This document shows, one piece after another, positions 19,784 to 29,783 of a stretch of DNA of 64,000 nt (position 1 is the first letter of the stretch; each line of letters opens with the position of its first letter). The notes beneath the pieces were generated by a model. That model was not told the origin of the DNA and did not search any database. It worked only from the letters and a program-made list of their open reading frames with translations. The stretch comes from Verrucomicrobiia bacterium (GTDB taxonomy: Bacteria > Verrucomicrobiota > Verrucomicrobiia > Verrucomicrobiales > DEV007). The stretch is taken from the NCBI GenBank assembly GCA_030425385.1, contig JAUIAH010000012.1, forward strand, positions 1 to 64,000. The letters are read 5' to 3'. The translations under genes were made by a program, and so were the position numbers.

Positions 19784-20515
19784 TCAGTCCCTGGGGCGGC
19801 GACGGGGCTTCTGCGCCAGTTTGGCCAATTCTTCGCGATAACGTACCGCAACCTCACGCGCGAGAGGCGCATCGCAGATGACACCCAGGGCCACCGTGGC
19901 CACGTCCCATTTCGCTTGCATGAGGCAAAGGGTCTGATCGTCAGCGAGTTCCAAATGAAGCGCCCCTTGGTCTGGCCGTGAGACGTGCGCCTTCCCGCGT
20001 CCGAGGGCGTCAGCGAGGTGGCTGATGGAGGCGAGAAACACGGGATCGGCTGAGGGATCGGCGGCAATGCAGGCGCCGTAGGCATCGACGACGTAGGCGG
20101 CTGTGGCGTCGGCGGTCTTGCGAACCCATGTTACAAAGGCCCTGGCGCGAGCTTCCGGGCTCGATGCCGGTGAGTGGAAATAGAGCCCCAATGGATTGAT
20201 GGCTGGTTTGCCGGGGGGCATCGGGATGGGATCGGGGGCCGCCTCTGGTGCTGGCTCAGCCACAGACGTGGTTTCCATAGCAGGTGCCTTCTCCGGCTTG
20301 GGAGGCAATCCCTTGGCGAAGGCGCGCTCGGGAATCTCATCCGCTAGCAGGCGTTCGGCGTTGGGCGGCTCCGAGGTGGACTCCCCTGTGACGGGATCTT
20401 CAGTGATTTCCTCGGGAGCCTGCTCGCGTTCGCAGCTGCCCGGGCGGAGCACTTCCAACAGCTCTTCAATGCGTTGGGGGTCAATCCAGGAGTCGAGTGA
20501 ATTCCCTTTCGGCAT
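19784..20515 (-). CDS. Hypothetical protein with a Pro-rich linker and a C-terminal ~110-aa region that may be roadblock/LC7-like; overlaps the 3' end of the ParA-like gene
   Basis: ORF co-oriented with the upstream ParA-like ATPase, overlapping it by ~35 nt. The C-terminal alpha/beta-looking segment YVVDAYGACIAA...ALHLELADDQTLCLMQ. Domain call is tentative. Confidence 0.4.
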   Translation of the reverse strand: MPKGNSLDSWIDPQRIEELLEVLRPGSCEREQAPEEITEDPVTGESTSEPPNAERLLADEIPERAFAKGLPPKPEKAPAMETTSVAEPAPEAAPDPIPMPPGKPAINPLGLYFHSPASSPEARARAFVTWVRKTADATAAYVVDAYGACIAADPSADPVFLASISHLADALGRGKAHVSRPDQGALHLELADDQTLCLMQAKWDVATVALGVICDAPLAREVAVRYREELAKLAQKPRRRPRD

Positions 20516-21299
20516 AGGCGAGTTTCTGCAGCGTGAGACGTGGTTCCAGTTCGGCGGCCAGTTGATCAAAGACCAAGGCAGCAGGCGAGAGTTTCTCGTA
20601 AAGAAGTGCCACAGGCACGCCATGGGCGCTTGCTCGGACGAAGTCTGGATCACGCGGGATGCTCGTGCGCAAGAGCGAATCCCCCGGCACCATCTGGCGG
20701 AGATCACGCGCCACTTGCAGGCTCTCTTCCCCATGGGGATCCACCATGGTCAGGAGAATGCCCGCCACTTCCACCGAACTCTCCTCATCCTGCTTGAGCC
20801 GGGTAATCCCTTCTAACAATTGCATGATCGAACGCACCCCGAGAGGCTCCGATTGCTGCGGCAAGAGGGCAAAGTCCGCCTGGCGCACGAGTCCGCGTGT
20901 GTGGCCCATGAGCCCAGCAGCCGTGTCCACCAGGACGATGTCGTAATTGAGCCCATCCAATTGCCCTAACATGCGTGCGAGATCGCCCGCGTAGGCTGAG
21001 GCGTCCGTTTCAAGCTTGAAGAACGTTTCTGTTAGCCCAGCCGTCACGAGATGCAGTTCCGGAAGTCGCGTGGGAATGATCAATTCATCCACATCGCACT
21101 GAAAGTGCAGGAAATCATAGTAGCCCGGGCAACGCTTGGCTTTCTCCGAGAGGGAGAGCCCCACGGAGTTCTGAGGATCGGAATCCACCAGCAGGGTCTG
21201 CCAGCCGCGACACGCCAAGGAATGCGCCAAGTTGATGGCGACGGTGGTTTTCCCGACGCCTCCTTTCTGGCTGGTGATGGCTAGCGTGATCAAGAGCAT
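20481..21299 (-). CDS. ParA/MinD-family P-loop ATPase (orphan; no parB adjacent)
   Basis: Deviant Walker A SQKGGVGKTT, LLVDSDPQ and LIIP...VVDT... blocks. Start set at MLLITLAITSQ. Confidence 0.75.
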   Translation of the reverse strand: MLLITLAITSQKGGVGKTTVAINLAHSLACRGWQTLLVDSDPQNSVGLSLSEKAKRCPGYYDFLHFQCDVDELIIPTRLPELHLVTAGLTETFFKLETDASAYAGDLARMLGQLDGLNYDIVLVDTAAGLMGHTRGLVRQADFALLPQQSEPLGVRSIMQLLEGITRLKQDEESSVEVAGILLTMVDPHGEESLQVARDLRQMVPGDSLLRTSIPRDPDFVRASAHGVPVALLYEKLSPAALVFDQLAAELEPRLTLQKLAYAEREFTRLLD

Positions 21300-21404
21300 T
21301 GCACTCTGTCGCGCTCCCACAGGTTGCAAACGGAAAAGTGCCTCACGTGACGCTCTGTTTGCGTCTCTGCGGAAATGGACCCATAGGAGACCCTCGCCTT
21401 CACC

Positions 21405-22643
21405 ATGAGCTCGCCCGCGGCCAAACGCCCTCCCAAGAAATTTCATCCAGAACCTTTCGCCTACCACCAAGAAGTCGAGGTGGACATCACGGCGCTGACC
21501 AATCTCGGCATCGGCCTGGGACGGATCGATGGATGGGTGGTCTTCGTTCCCTACACCCTGCCGGGCGAGCGCGTCCTCGCACGCATCTACCGCAACGACA
21601 AACGCCACAGCCAGACCGATCTTGTGAAGGTGCTGACTCCGTCGCCAGATCGGATCACCCCGCGCTGTCCTCTCTTTGGCGAATGTGGAGGATGCCAATA
21701 CCAGCACTTTCACTACGAAAAACAATTGGAGTGGAAACAGCGCCAAGTCGCCGAATTGTTAGAGCATATGACTGAGATGCGTGTGGCTGTCGAACCGGTC
21801 ATGGCGTCGCCCCAGACGTACGGCTATCGTTCCAAGATCACGCCACACTTTCAGAAACCGAATCGTGACGGCGTGATCGATGCCATCGGCTTTCTCCAAG
21901 TGGGACGCCGCCGCGATCTCGTCGAGGTGGACAACTGTCCCATCGCCATGGACGCGATCAATGTGCGTCTGCCAGAAGAGAAAGCAGCCATCCGCGCGCG
22001 TGCTACCAGCTACAAGAAGGGCGCTACGCTGCTCTTGCGTGCTTCCGCCGGTGATCCTGCGGTCCTGACAAACAACAAAGACATTTGTGAGGAGATTGTT
22101 GGCAATATTCGATTCCGCTTTCCGGCGGGCGATTTCTTTCAGAATAATCCCTACATTCTGGAAGCCTTCACCACAGACGTTCGTACACAGGCGGCCGCCG
22201 GTGGCGCCCGATTTCTCGTCGATGCCTATTGCGGGAGCGGTCTCTTTGCCCTCACCGCCGCCCATGCCTTTGAATCCGTCATGGGCATTGAGATCTCCGA
22301 AAGCAGCATCCACTGGGCACGCCAAAACGCTGAGGATAACAAGATCACCAATGTACGCTTCCTAGCAGGCAAGTCGGAAGCCCTCTTTCCCGATTGCCAT
22401 TATCCTGGCCATGAAACAGCCATGATCGTCGACCCGCCGCGACGCGGCTGTGATGCTGTCTTTCTCGAGCAGCTCTTCGCTTTCGGTCCCGAACGCGTCG
22501 TCTATGTCTCTTGCAATCCGGCAACCCAGATGCGCGACCTCAACGCCTTCGCCGAACACGGCTATCGCCTCGCCCGACTCCAACCCTTCGATCTCTTTCC
22601 CCAAACGCGCCACTTAGAGTGCGTCGCGACCCTGACCAAGTGA
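21405..22643 (+). CDS. 23S rRNA (uracil-5-)-methyltransferase RumA/RlmD family (TRAM + Fe-S + class I MTase)
   Basis: TRAM-like N-terminus, Cys cluster CPLFGECGGCQYQH, and a C-terminal SAM-MTase with VDAYCGSG and DPPRRG motifs. Confidence 0.8.
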   Translation: MSSPAAKRPPKKFHPEPFAYHQEVEVDITALTNLGIGLGRIDGWVVFVPYTLPGERVLARIYRNDKRHSQTDLVKVLTPSPDRITPRCPLFGECGGCQYQHFHYEKQLEWKQRQVAELLEHMTEMRVAVEPVMASPQTYGYRSKITPHFQKPNRDGVIDAIGFLQVGRRRDLVEVDNCPIAMDAINVRLPEEKAAIRARATSYKKGATLLLRASAGDPAVLTNNKDICEEIVGNIRFRFPAGDFFQNNPYILEAFTTDVRTQAAAGGARFLVDAYCGSGLFALTAAHAFESVMGIEISESSIHWARQNAEDNKITNVRFLAGKSEALFPDCHYPGHETAMIVDPPRRGCDAVFLEQLFAFGPERVVYVSCNPATQMRDLNAFAEHGYRLARLQPFDLFPQTRHLECVATLTK

Positions 22644-22767
22644 AACGGCTCCGTCTCAATAACACTCCTGAGAAATCACTTCCAAGGGGCAATTGACTAC
22701 ATGGGAGGAGGAGAAGGAGGAGACGTTGAGGATTGCATCATCGCTGCTTTGTCTTCAACATTCGAGC

Positions 22768-24192
22768 ATGTTGAATGCAAGGCACTTCACCTCGACGCTC
22801 GTCTTGGGCATCATGACGATTCGGGCAACGGTTAGTCTGGCCGGCACGATCCATGTGCCTGCAGATTTCGCAACCATTCAGGAAGCCGTGGACGCGGCGA
22901 GTGTTGGTGATCTCATTAGTGTCGGCAGAGGGTCGTTTCATGAGAACATCGTCATTGATAAACGTCTTACAATCCTTGGTACTATCATCGTGGATGGAGA
23001 TGTCTTCGATGACGATATTCGGACGTTGATTCGCGCTGCGGATTCGAGCAAACCTGTCATCACCATCGAGGCGGATGCCGTGCGACTGCAGGCGCTAGAC
23101 GTTCGTGGAGGTGAGTATGGGATTGTGGCTCAAGACGTGGAGGCCATCAGCTTGAATCTTCTCCGGGCGCGGTACCACCGGCTAGATGGCATCTTTCTTG
23201 AGAATTGTGATAGTTCCTCAATCGATGACACCCGAGTGTCCTACTGTGGACGCTATGCGGTCTATCAGAAGGGAGGGGCGGTCACGACCAATTACTTTGG
23301 CATCGTCAAGGGGACAGATATCAATGATATCAGGGGGAGTTACAACGTTGGAGGAATCCGAATTGAAGGGGCGGAAGATACCGTGGTCTCAGATTGTTCC
23401 CTCACGTATCATGAGGTAGCTGCGATTGAAGACATCGCTTCAGTGCGTTCTTCGATTAATCAGAACTATGTTTCTAGGAACGCTATTGGGATCTTGGTCA
23501 GTGGTTCGGAAGACTGCGTGCTCGGTGAGAATTTGGTTTTTAGCAATACCGATGGGATCTTGATAGAGGAATCCACGGGATCGTGCAGTGAATCGATCAT
23601 TCGAAACAATTTGGGCGCTGGTGTCCGAGGCTCAGGTTCTGGTTGGACGTTTACTGAGAACACGATTCGAGGTAGCCGAGTGATTGGCGTGGACTGGGAG
23701 GGGAATGCGTGCGTGTTCGAAGCCAATATGATCCGTTCGAGCTTTGGGGATGGGTTCTCTTTGAAAGGGAACGAGAATGTGCTCTCAGGAAATATTTCCA
23801 GAAATAATGACGTTGGCTTTCTTTTGAAGGGCAACGATAACCTTTATCGGCACAACAAGGCCAGTCGTAATCGGGAAGAGGGGTTTCTCCTCACAGAAGG
23901 ACGACGGAATATGCTGAGTTCGAATCGCTCAGAATCTAGTGGGGCGGACGGCTATCTGGTCGAGGACCAAATAGAGAGTCTCTTGAAGAGTAATACGGCC
24001 ATGCGTAGTGGCGGTAACGGATTCACCTTTGCAGACACGACGGAGAGTCTAAACATCGTCAATGGATTTGCCGGCTTCAATGGTGGATATGGTTTCGTGG
24101 ATGAAGGGGAATTGAATGATTTCTCGAACACCTCGTGCAATGGAGAAGGGAATGTGAAAGGCGGCTCGTTGCCCGCTGGGTTGTGTGATTGA
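22768..24192 (+). CDS. Right-handed parallel beta-helix repeat protein (pectin-lyase fold / NosD-like), secreted
   Basis: Periodic ~22-aa Gly/Asn/Ile/Val repeat pattern (NxxxGIxxxxS) throughout; signal-like N-terminus. Confidence 0.6.
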   Translation: MLNARHFTSTLVLGIMTIRATVSLAGTIHVPADFATIQEAVDAASVGDLISVGRGSFHENIVIDKRLTILGTIIVDGDVFDDDIRTLIRAADSSKPVITIEADAVRLQALDVRGGEYGIVAQDVEAISLNLLRARYHRLDGIFLENCDSSSIDDTRVSYCGRYAVYQKGGAVTTNYFGIVKGTDINDIRGSYNVGGIRIEGAEDTVVSDCSLTYHEVAAIEDIASVRSSINQNYVSRNAIGILVSGSEDCVLGENLVFSNTDGILIEESTGSCSESIIRNNLGAGVRGSGSGWTFTENTIRGSRVIGVDWEGNACVFEANMIRSSFGDGFSLKGNENVLSGNISRNNDVGFLLKGNDNLYRHNKASRNREEGFLLTEGRRNMLSSNRSESSGADGYLVEDQIESLLKSNTAMRSGGNGFTFADTTESLNIVNGFAGFNGGYGFVDEGELNDFSNTSCNGEGNVKGGSLPAGLCD

Positions 24193-24204
24193 GGAACCGT
24201 TTGA

Positions 24205-24696
24205 ATGCCCCGTTGGCCCAGTTTAGTCGTCTTCGATCTCGATTTCACGTTGTGGGATGCGGGCGGTGTGTGGTGTGACTGTTTGAGGCCTCCTTTCAAG
24301 AATGACGGAGGTCGTGTGCTCGACGCTTCCGGCGCCCATGTATGGGTCTATCCAGAGACCCTGGCGTTGATCCATCGACTCCCCGAAGAAGGCTGCCAGC
24401 TTGCCTTGGCCTCGCGCACGGGGGAGCCAGATTGGGCGCGTGAGCTGCTTTGTTTGTTAGAGCTCACGGACGTGTTTCCTTACCAAGCCATCTATCCGTC
24501 GGACAAGCAGGTGCATTTCCAACAGTTGCGCGAAGAGAGCGGGATCCCGTTCGAGGAGATGCTTTTCTTTGATGATGAGGTTCGAAACATCAGGTCTGTG
24601 GGAAAGCTCGGTGTGCTCAGCGTTCAGGTTTCCCATGGCGTGCGACAGAGCGATTTCGATGCGGCTCTATCACAGTGGCGGCGGCGGTCTCCGTAG
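24205..24696 (+). CDS. Magnesium-dependent phosphatase-1 (MDP-1) family HAD phosphatase
   Basis: LVVFDLDFTLWD HAD motif I in the context typical of MDP-1 (PF12689); small size (163 aa). Confidence 0.7.
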   Translation: MPRWPSLVVFDLDFTLWDAGGVWCDCLRPPFKNDGGRVLDASGAHVWVYPETLALIHRLPEEGCQLALASRTGEPDWARELLCLLELTDVFPYQAIYPSDKQVHFQQLREESGIPFEEMLFFDDEVRNIRSVGKLGVLSVQVSHGVRQSDFDAALSQWRRRSP

Positions 24697-24767
24697 CAGG
24701 AGAAGCCCAGGCATGCATCAGTGATTCGCTCCAAAGTGGCGTTCTGGCCGTGTCGATGACAAAGTCG

Positions 24768-27700
24768 CTAGTCTCCTTGGCGCACCTTAGAGTCCACATC
24801 GACAGGAAGTTCGGAGGGAGCGGATTCTTGGACAGGGTGCACGTTGATGTCCACCTCGACGGGGACCGCGCGGAGGCTGGCGATGATCTGTTGGAGCTTG
24901 GCCACGGTCTGATCGGCTAAGGTTGCGGGCTTCTGTTGCTCTGTCAGGGCGTTGGAGAGAACGGCTTCAATGGCGGAGAGTTGCCCCACGACTCGGGTGA
25001 CGGGGTCGTTCTCACCCGCGCCTCCGGTGAGAAGATTGCGCCGGAATGTCTTGCGGATCTCCTCCCAGCGCGCAGCGGACTCCTCTGTCAGTGCGCCTTC
25101 CAATGCCTTGAATTTCAGAAGATTGGCCTCTGCCCCGGTCGTGAGGGTCTGTGCTTCATTCTCATAGTGGTCTAGGATCACTTGCTCCACCTCTTCGGGC
25201 GTCATGATGGGGAGAATCTTCTCAGCCATCCGATTCATGTTCCTGTAGGAGCCTTGCAGTTTGAAAGGTGGCTCAGTCCGATAAGCATCCGCTTGAGCGG
25301 CCGAACGGATGTACTCAAGATTCACGCGGAGGACGGTATCGCGCACCCGCATGAGCTTGCGCATGACGTCGACCATTTCCGTGAGTTCCTCAGGCGCGTA
25401 GCTGCCCTCAAGATCGATGCCTTCTTGCGAGCCTGTGCGGGCGATGGTGATGATTGCTCGGACATCGTTCTGGCTGCGTGAGGCGAGCGGTGCAAGGATG
25501 GCATTACTTGTCAGGCTGTTCTCCAAGTAGGAGTCCTCAAAGGCTTGCTGGTGAGTGCCGACGATGTCGCCAAGATTGTAGGTGTCGGCGCGGTTGGCAA
25601 GCATGTCAGGAATTTGAAATTTCCCACCACTCTCCGTGTAGGGATTCCCCGCCATCACGACCGCAACTTTGCGTCCCCTGAGATCATAGGTTCGCGCCAC
25701 GCCATTGTAGACTCCCTCGATGCGGCGTTGAGCGTCACATAAGGAGATGAACTTCTGGAGAAACTCGGGATCGCAGTGCTGGATGTCGTCCAGATAGAGC
25801 ATGACATTATCCCCCAGCTCCAGGGCGAGGTTGAGCTTCTTGACCTCCTCTCGCGCACTGGCATTGGGGGCTTCGTCAGGGTCTAACGAGCGCACATGAT
25901 GGCCGATGGCGGGCCCATTCACTTTGACAAAGGTGAGCCCAAGCCGGTCGGCAATGTACTCCATGAGCGTAGTCTTGCCGTAACCGGGCGGGGAGATGAG
26001 CAATAGCAATCCCATGCGATCCGTGCGAGTATCGGCTCCCGCCACGCCAATCTGCTTGGCAAGATTGTCGCCGATCATGGGCAAGTAGACCTCGTTCAAC
26101 AACTGGTTGCGGACGAATGCGCTCATCACCCGCGGCTTGAACTCCTCCAGGCGCAGGAGCGTCCGTTTCTTAGAGGTGAGGGTGTGTTTGAGGGCGGTGT
26201 ATTGCTCGAATAGTGGGAGGGTCTCACGCTGGTGGTGGTCCAGTTTCGAGAGGAAACGCGTGTAATGCAGATGGTAGGTTCCCTTCTTAATCACAGAGTG
26301 ATTCCCTAACAAGCCATCGATCGCTTGTTCCAGATTCACCGCGATGACTTCGCTCGATTCTGGAACACCCCTGAGCAAGTGAGCGGCGGCTTCGTCAATG
26401 TAGCTTGATGTGGGATGAGAGGCGCGCAACCAGTCGCGGATGACTTCAAACTCGGCCGCTGGATGGTCGTTTAATTGTTTCCGGGCCTGATCAAATGCGG
26501 TTTGTTGCCGCTTGGTGGTGAGTGTCTTCTGGAACGCCTTGACGATGTCGGCGGCCTCCGCACTGACGGTGAATCCAGGGCCATCGATTAGTTCATGAAA
26601 GAGATACTCGGCGACGGTAGGTGACCTGTCGCCTACCCATGCTGTGAGGCGTGCGATGTAGTCCTCCTGCACGGCTGCCGCCGTGTCGAATGCGGCGCGA
26701 AGAGCACCGTAAGAATGGAGTTGATGCAGGAGTTGCTGCCTCTCGGGGTCGCCCTGCCATTGTTTCCAAAGCACGATGGCCCGCGCGCGATCCGCCTGAT
26801 CGTAGCGGAGCAGCCCAGCTTCCGCACGCAAGGGCATGAGCGCCTCAAGCAAGCGATGCGCATCGGCGTCGTGCACCCCCTTGGTGTAGCCTTCTGTGTA
26901 ACGCGGCGCCATGAATTGCTGGATGGCTTCGAGGGTTGGCTCGCCCTCTGGATGCGCTTGGAGATACTGGAAGGCCAAGTATTCGCCGCGATAGACCGTC
27001 TCCGATTCTGAGGGAAGCTCCAAGGACCAAGCGGCGCGGGTATCTTCAAAAGCGGGGTCGGTAATCGGTTCGAAGAAGTTCGTGCCCGTGAGGTGGTAGG
27101 CCATGATGTCCTCACGTGGCACCACCGTGAGCTCCAAATCTTGCTGATTCACCGTGAAACGATGCTGACCTAACTGAATGATGTTCTCACCGTCTGCATA
27201 CAGCTCCTGCCGATCTTTGAGTTGTCTAACGGAATCCTCACGCAAGGTCTTCAAGCGTGCTTGGATGGCGTCGGCCTTAACGGAATCGCCCAATGCCTGC
27301 AATTGGGTGACGATGTCGCGCACTTTCTCGATCATCAGATCGGAGGCGAGATAGGCATGAATCTCGGAGAGTTCCTGGAACCCGTCCAGGCGATTGCCGA
27401 TGCTTTGGAAGATGCGGTCGGCGGACTTTTCAAGATTGGAGGCACGCTTGTTGCGCGCTTCTAGCAGAGTCACTTTTCGAGCTTCGAACGCATCGTAGAT
27501 CTCCGTGCGTTTGTCTGCGAGTTCGGCCACGTAGTCGTCGAACTCGGCATACTTTCCTTCCAGTTCCTCTAACTGGACCATGGTCTTGGTGAGGTAGGAC
27601 TCACATTTGTCTGGAGAATCACAGAGTTCGAGGTAGTTCACCACCGCCTGATTGAGGAGCTTCAGCTGGGCGTGAAATTGTGCGGCTCCTTCGGCACGAC

Positions 27701-29723
27701 CGAGTTCGCGCAGACGATTCTTCAGCGTGACTCGGACCTGATTCAGGGTGCCGTAGATGTCGGAAATGCCGTCAATGATCTGGGTAGTCTGCGTGGCGTC
27801 CTCGATCTTGAGATTCGTGACGATCTCAATCAGCATCTCCAACTCCTCGCCCGCCTGACTCAAGGCCTCATCGATCACCTTGCCATCAGATACTTTAGCG
27901 ATCGCATCGACGGCTTCTTTCTGATCGTGGATCTGCTTGCGATAGGGTGCGAGCGCCTCTTCCTGCAGGAGAAAGTCGACGCAGTGCCCGGAGACGCGCT
28001 CAGTGATTGCTTGGATCTCTTCCTCCAATGCCTCCAACTGCTCGCGATTGACGTAGCGAACGTCTCGCAGGGAAATGACCTCTCCTCGCACAGTTCGCAA
28101 ATCTGCTAGGTGCTTCACGTAGCCCTTGATGTCGTCGGGACGACTATGCTCTGCCTCAGATATGAGTTTGCGGGCGTGTGCGGTGAGGGTGCTCGTCTGC
28201 GCTGCGGCGGATTCTCGCAGGCGTGTGACCTTGTCAAATTCGGCAATGGCGGATTCTGCCGCCGTTTGGATCGATTCTAACGGTTCACTGATGGCAAAGG
28301 CTTCTTTGTGCCCCACCCAGAAATAGGCATTGCGCACATCGGCCGCTTTCTTGGCAAGGTCGTGGTAGAGATTCGCGTAGGCATCGTCTTTTCCCAAGAG
28401 ATTGATCACCTCCTGACATTCGGCCATGCAGCGCACGATGTCGGCATTGCCAATCTTGTAGAGATAGTGGTCGCTATGTGAGGACGGCTTCTGAAGGTCG
28501 GCATTCACATAGGGCGTTTGCCAGACTTGTAGCACATGATGCTTCTGCGGTTGATTCTCCGTACGGAAATAGATCAGTTCACCGTCGTCGAAGATGCTGT
28601 AGCCGTGACAAGTGATCGGTGTCTCCACTTGCTGATCGATCACATTGTAAGACATGAGAATGTAATCGCCAGAAGCCCGGTTGTAGAAGGCGTAGAGATG
28701 ATCTTCGCCATTGGGGGCTGAGACTCGCCGTTCAAAGATCATCCTCGTCAGGCCGCTATCGTAGAGCTTGGTCTCGCCTGTTTGAAGGTGAAAGCCGTTG
28801 GAGAAGATGATGCCGTGGTCCTCTGGCAAAAGTACACACGCATCCTCGATGGCATCCAGACGATGCACTGATTGGACCTTCTCGTTGTAGACCAGGTAAC
28901 GGAAGGCGTTCTCTTGATAGGGGCGAATCTTGAGGATGATGAGGCTGCCGAGGATGGCGTAGAGAACCTCGGCATCATCGAGAGTCTGGTCAGCTTCGGT
29001 CACGGGCTCGGCGTAGATGCCTTCGCCGCTATCGGTGTTGTCTTCAATCTTGATCGTGAGATCCCCGCCGACGGTTTCAACAAAGACGCGGTCTTCAATG
29101 GAAATGTGAGGGTGTTCGCCGCCCCGTTGCATGTCGCGGTGGGCCCGCTTCCATTCGAATTCTTGCTGGGGAGGAAAGCGATACTCATGGTCCGAGCGAT
29201 TCCCTTCGTAGATGAGCTTGCCATTATCATTCAGTACCCATTTGAAGGTCTTCACATCAGTCACCTCGCGGCCGGAGCGGAACGCCATGTAGAGATGTGG
29301 GCCAATGAGGAGAAACTTGGCGAAGACCGTCTCGCGGTAGTATTTGTAGAGATGAGCGAAGTCCCGGTGGAATTCGGCATCTGATAGGATGTCTCCGAGA
29401 TCGATGGGGGTGAAGGCGTGATCCTCGCTGCTATAATGATAGGCTGCAAAGACGTCGGCGGGTTCGGTCGTCGATTTCAGGCCGATGTGGACATTGAATC
29501 CGAAGAGGAAACGGCCTTGGCCGATGGACACCATGTCTCGCGGAACACAATTGTGTTGTGTGGACACGCGCTCGGTCGCGATGAGACTCGGCTCGATGGC
29601 GCCAAAGACTTCCTGGCGAGTGCGATTGAGATCACTGAGCCGTTGGCGAAGGTCATCTCCCTGCGCTTGCAGGCGTTGGCGGATGACTTCGTAGGCTCCT
29701 GATTCTAAAGTTGGTTCAGGCAT
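24768..29723 (-). CDS. Giant (1651 aa) cytoplasmic protein: ~1100-aa N-terminal region of unknown function with central coiled coils, a C-terminal AAA+ ATPase module (AAA_5/MoxR/dynein-like) and a ~250-aa tail. Last gene of the NfeD-flotillin operon.
   Basis: Walker A LLLISPPGYGKTTLM. Walker B-like VMLYLDDIQH (note D-D). Sensor-1-like VVMAGNPY. No TM segments or signal peptide. 60-bp gap to the upstream flotillin gene on the same strand. Confidence 0.7.
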   Translation of the reverse strand: MPEPTLESGAYEVIRQRLQAQGDDLRQRLSDLNRTRQEVFGAIEPSLIATERVSTQHNCVPRDMVSIGQGRFLFGFNVHIGLKSTTEPADVFAAYHYSSEDHAFTPIDLGDILSDAEFHRDFAHLYKYYRETVFAKFLLIGPHLYMAFRSGREVTDVKTFKWVLNDNGKLIYEGNRSDHEYRFPPQQEFEWKRAHRDMQRGGEHPHISIEDRVFVETVGGDLTIKIEDNTDSGEGIYAEPVTEADQTLDDAEVLYAILGSLIILKIRPYQENAFRYLVYNEKVQSVHRLDAIEDACVLLPEDHGIIFSNGFHLQTGETKLYDSGLTRMIFERRVSAPNGEDHLYAFYNRASGDYILMSYNVIDQQVETPITCHGYSIFDDGELIYFRTENQPQKHHVLQVWQTPYVNADLQKPSSHSDHYLYKIGNADIVRCMAECQEVINLLGKDDAYANLYHDLAKKAADVRNAYFWVGHKEAFAISEPLESIQTAAESAIAEFDKVTRLRESAAAQTSTLTAHARKLISEAEHSRPDDIKGYVKHLADLRTVRGEVISLRDVRYVNREQLEALEEEIQAITERVSGHCVDFLLQEEALAPYRKQIHDQKEAVDAIAKVSDGKVIDEALSQAGEELEMLIEIVTNLKIEDATQTTQIIDGISDIYGTLNQVRVTLKNRLRELGRAEGAAQFHAQLKLLNQAVVNYLELCDSPDKCESYLTKTMVQLEELEGKYAEFDDYVAELADKRTEIYDAFEARKVTLLEARNKRASNLEKSADRIFQSIGNRLDGFQELSEIHAYLASDLMIEKVRDIVTQLQALGDSVKADAIQARLKTLREDSVRQLKDRQELYADGENIIQLGQHRFTVNQQDLELTVVPREDIMAYHLTGTNFFEPITDPAFEDTRAAWSLELPSESETVYRGEYLAFQYLQAHPEGEPTLEAIQQFMAPRYTEGYTKGVHDADAHRLLEALMPLRAEAGLLRYDQADRARAIVLWKQWQGDPERQQLLHQLHSYGALRAAFDTAAAVQEDYIARLTAWVGDRSPTVAEYLFHELIDGPGFTVSAEAADIVKAFQKTLTTKRQQTAFDQARKQLNDHPAAEFEVIRDWLRASHPTSSYIDEAAAHLLRGVPESSEVIAVNLEQAIDGLLGNHSVIKKGTYHLHYTRFLSKLDHHQRETLPLFEQYTALKHTLTSKKRTLLRLEEFKPRVMSAFVRNQLLNEVYLPMIGDNLAKQIGVAGADTRTDRMGLLLLISPPGYGKTTLMEYIADRLGLTFVKVNGPAIGHHVRSLDPDEAPNASAREEVKKLNLALELGDNVMLYLDDIQHCDPEFLQKFISLCDAQRRIEGVYNGVARTYDLRGRKVAVVMAGNPYTESGGKFQIPDMLANRADTYNLGDIVGTHQQAFEDSYLENSLTSNAILAPLASRSQNDVRAIITIARTGSQEGIDLEGSYAPEELTEMVDVMRKLMRVRDTVLRVNLEYIRSAAQADAYRTEPPFKLQGSYRNMNRMAEKILPIMTPEEVEQVILDHYENEAQTLTTGAEANLLKFKALEGALTEESAARWEEIRKTFRRNLLTGGAGENDPVTRVVGQLSAIEAVLSNALTEQQKPATLADQTVAKLQQIIASLRAVPVEVDINVHPVQESAPSELPVDVDSKVRQGD

Positions 29724-29783
29724 GCGTACTGTGAGGGGCGACAGGAATCCTGTCGCCCTCTGGTGACTGGGCTGCAGTGAGGA

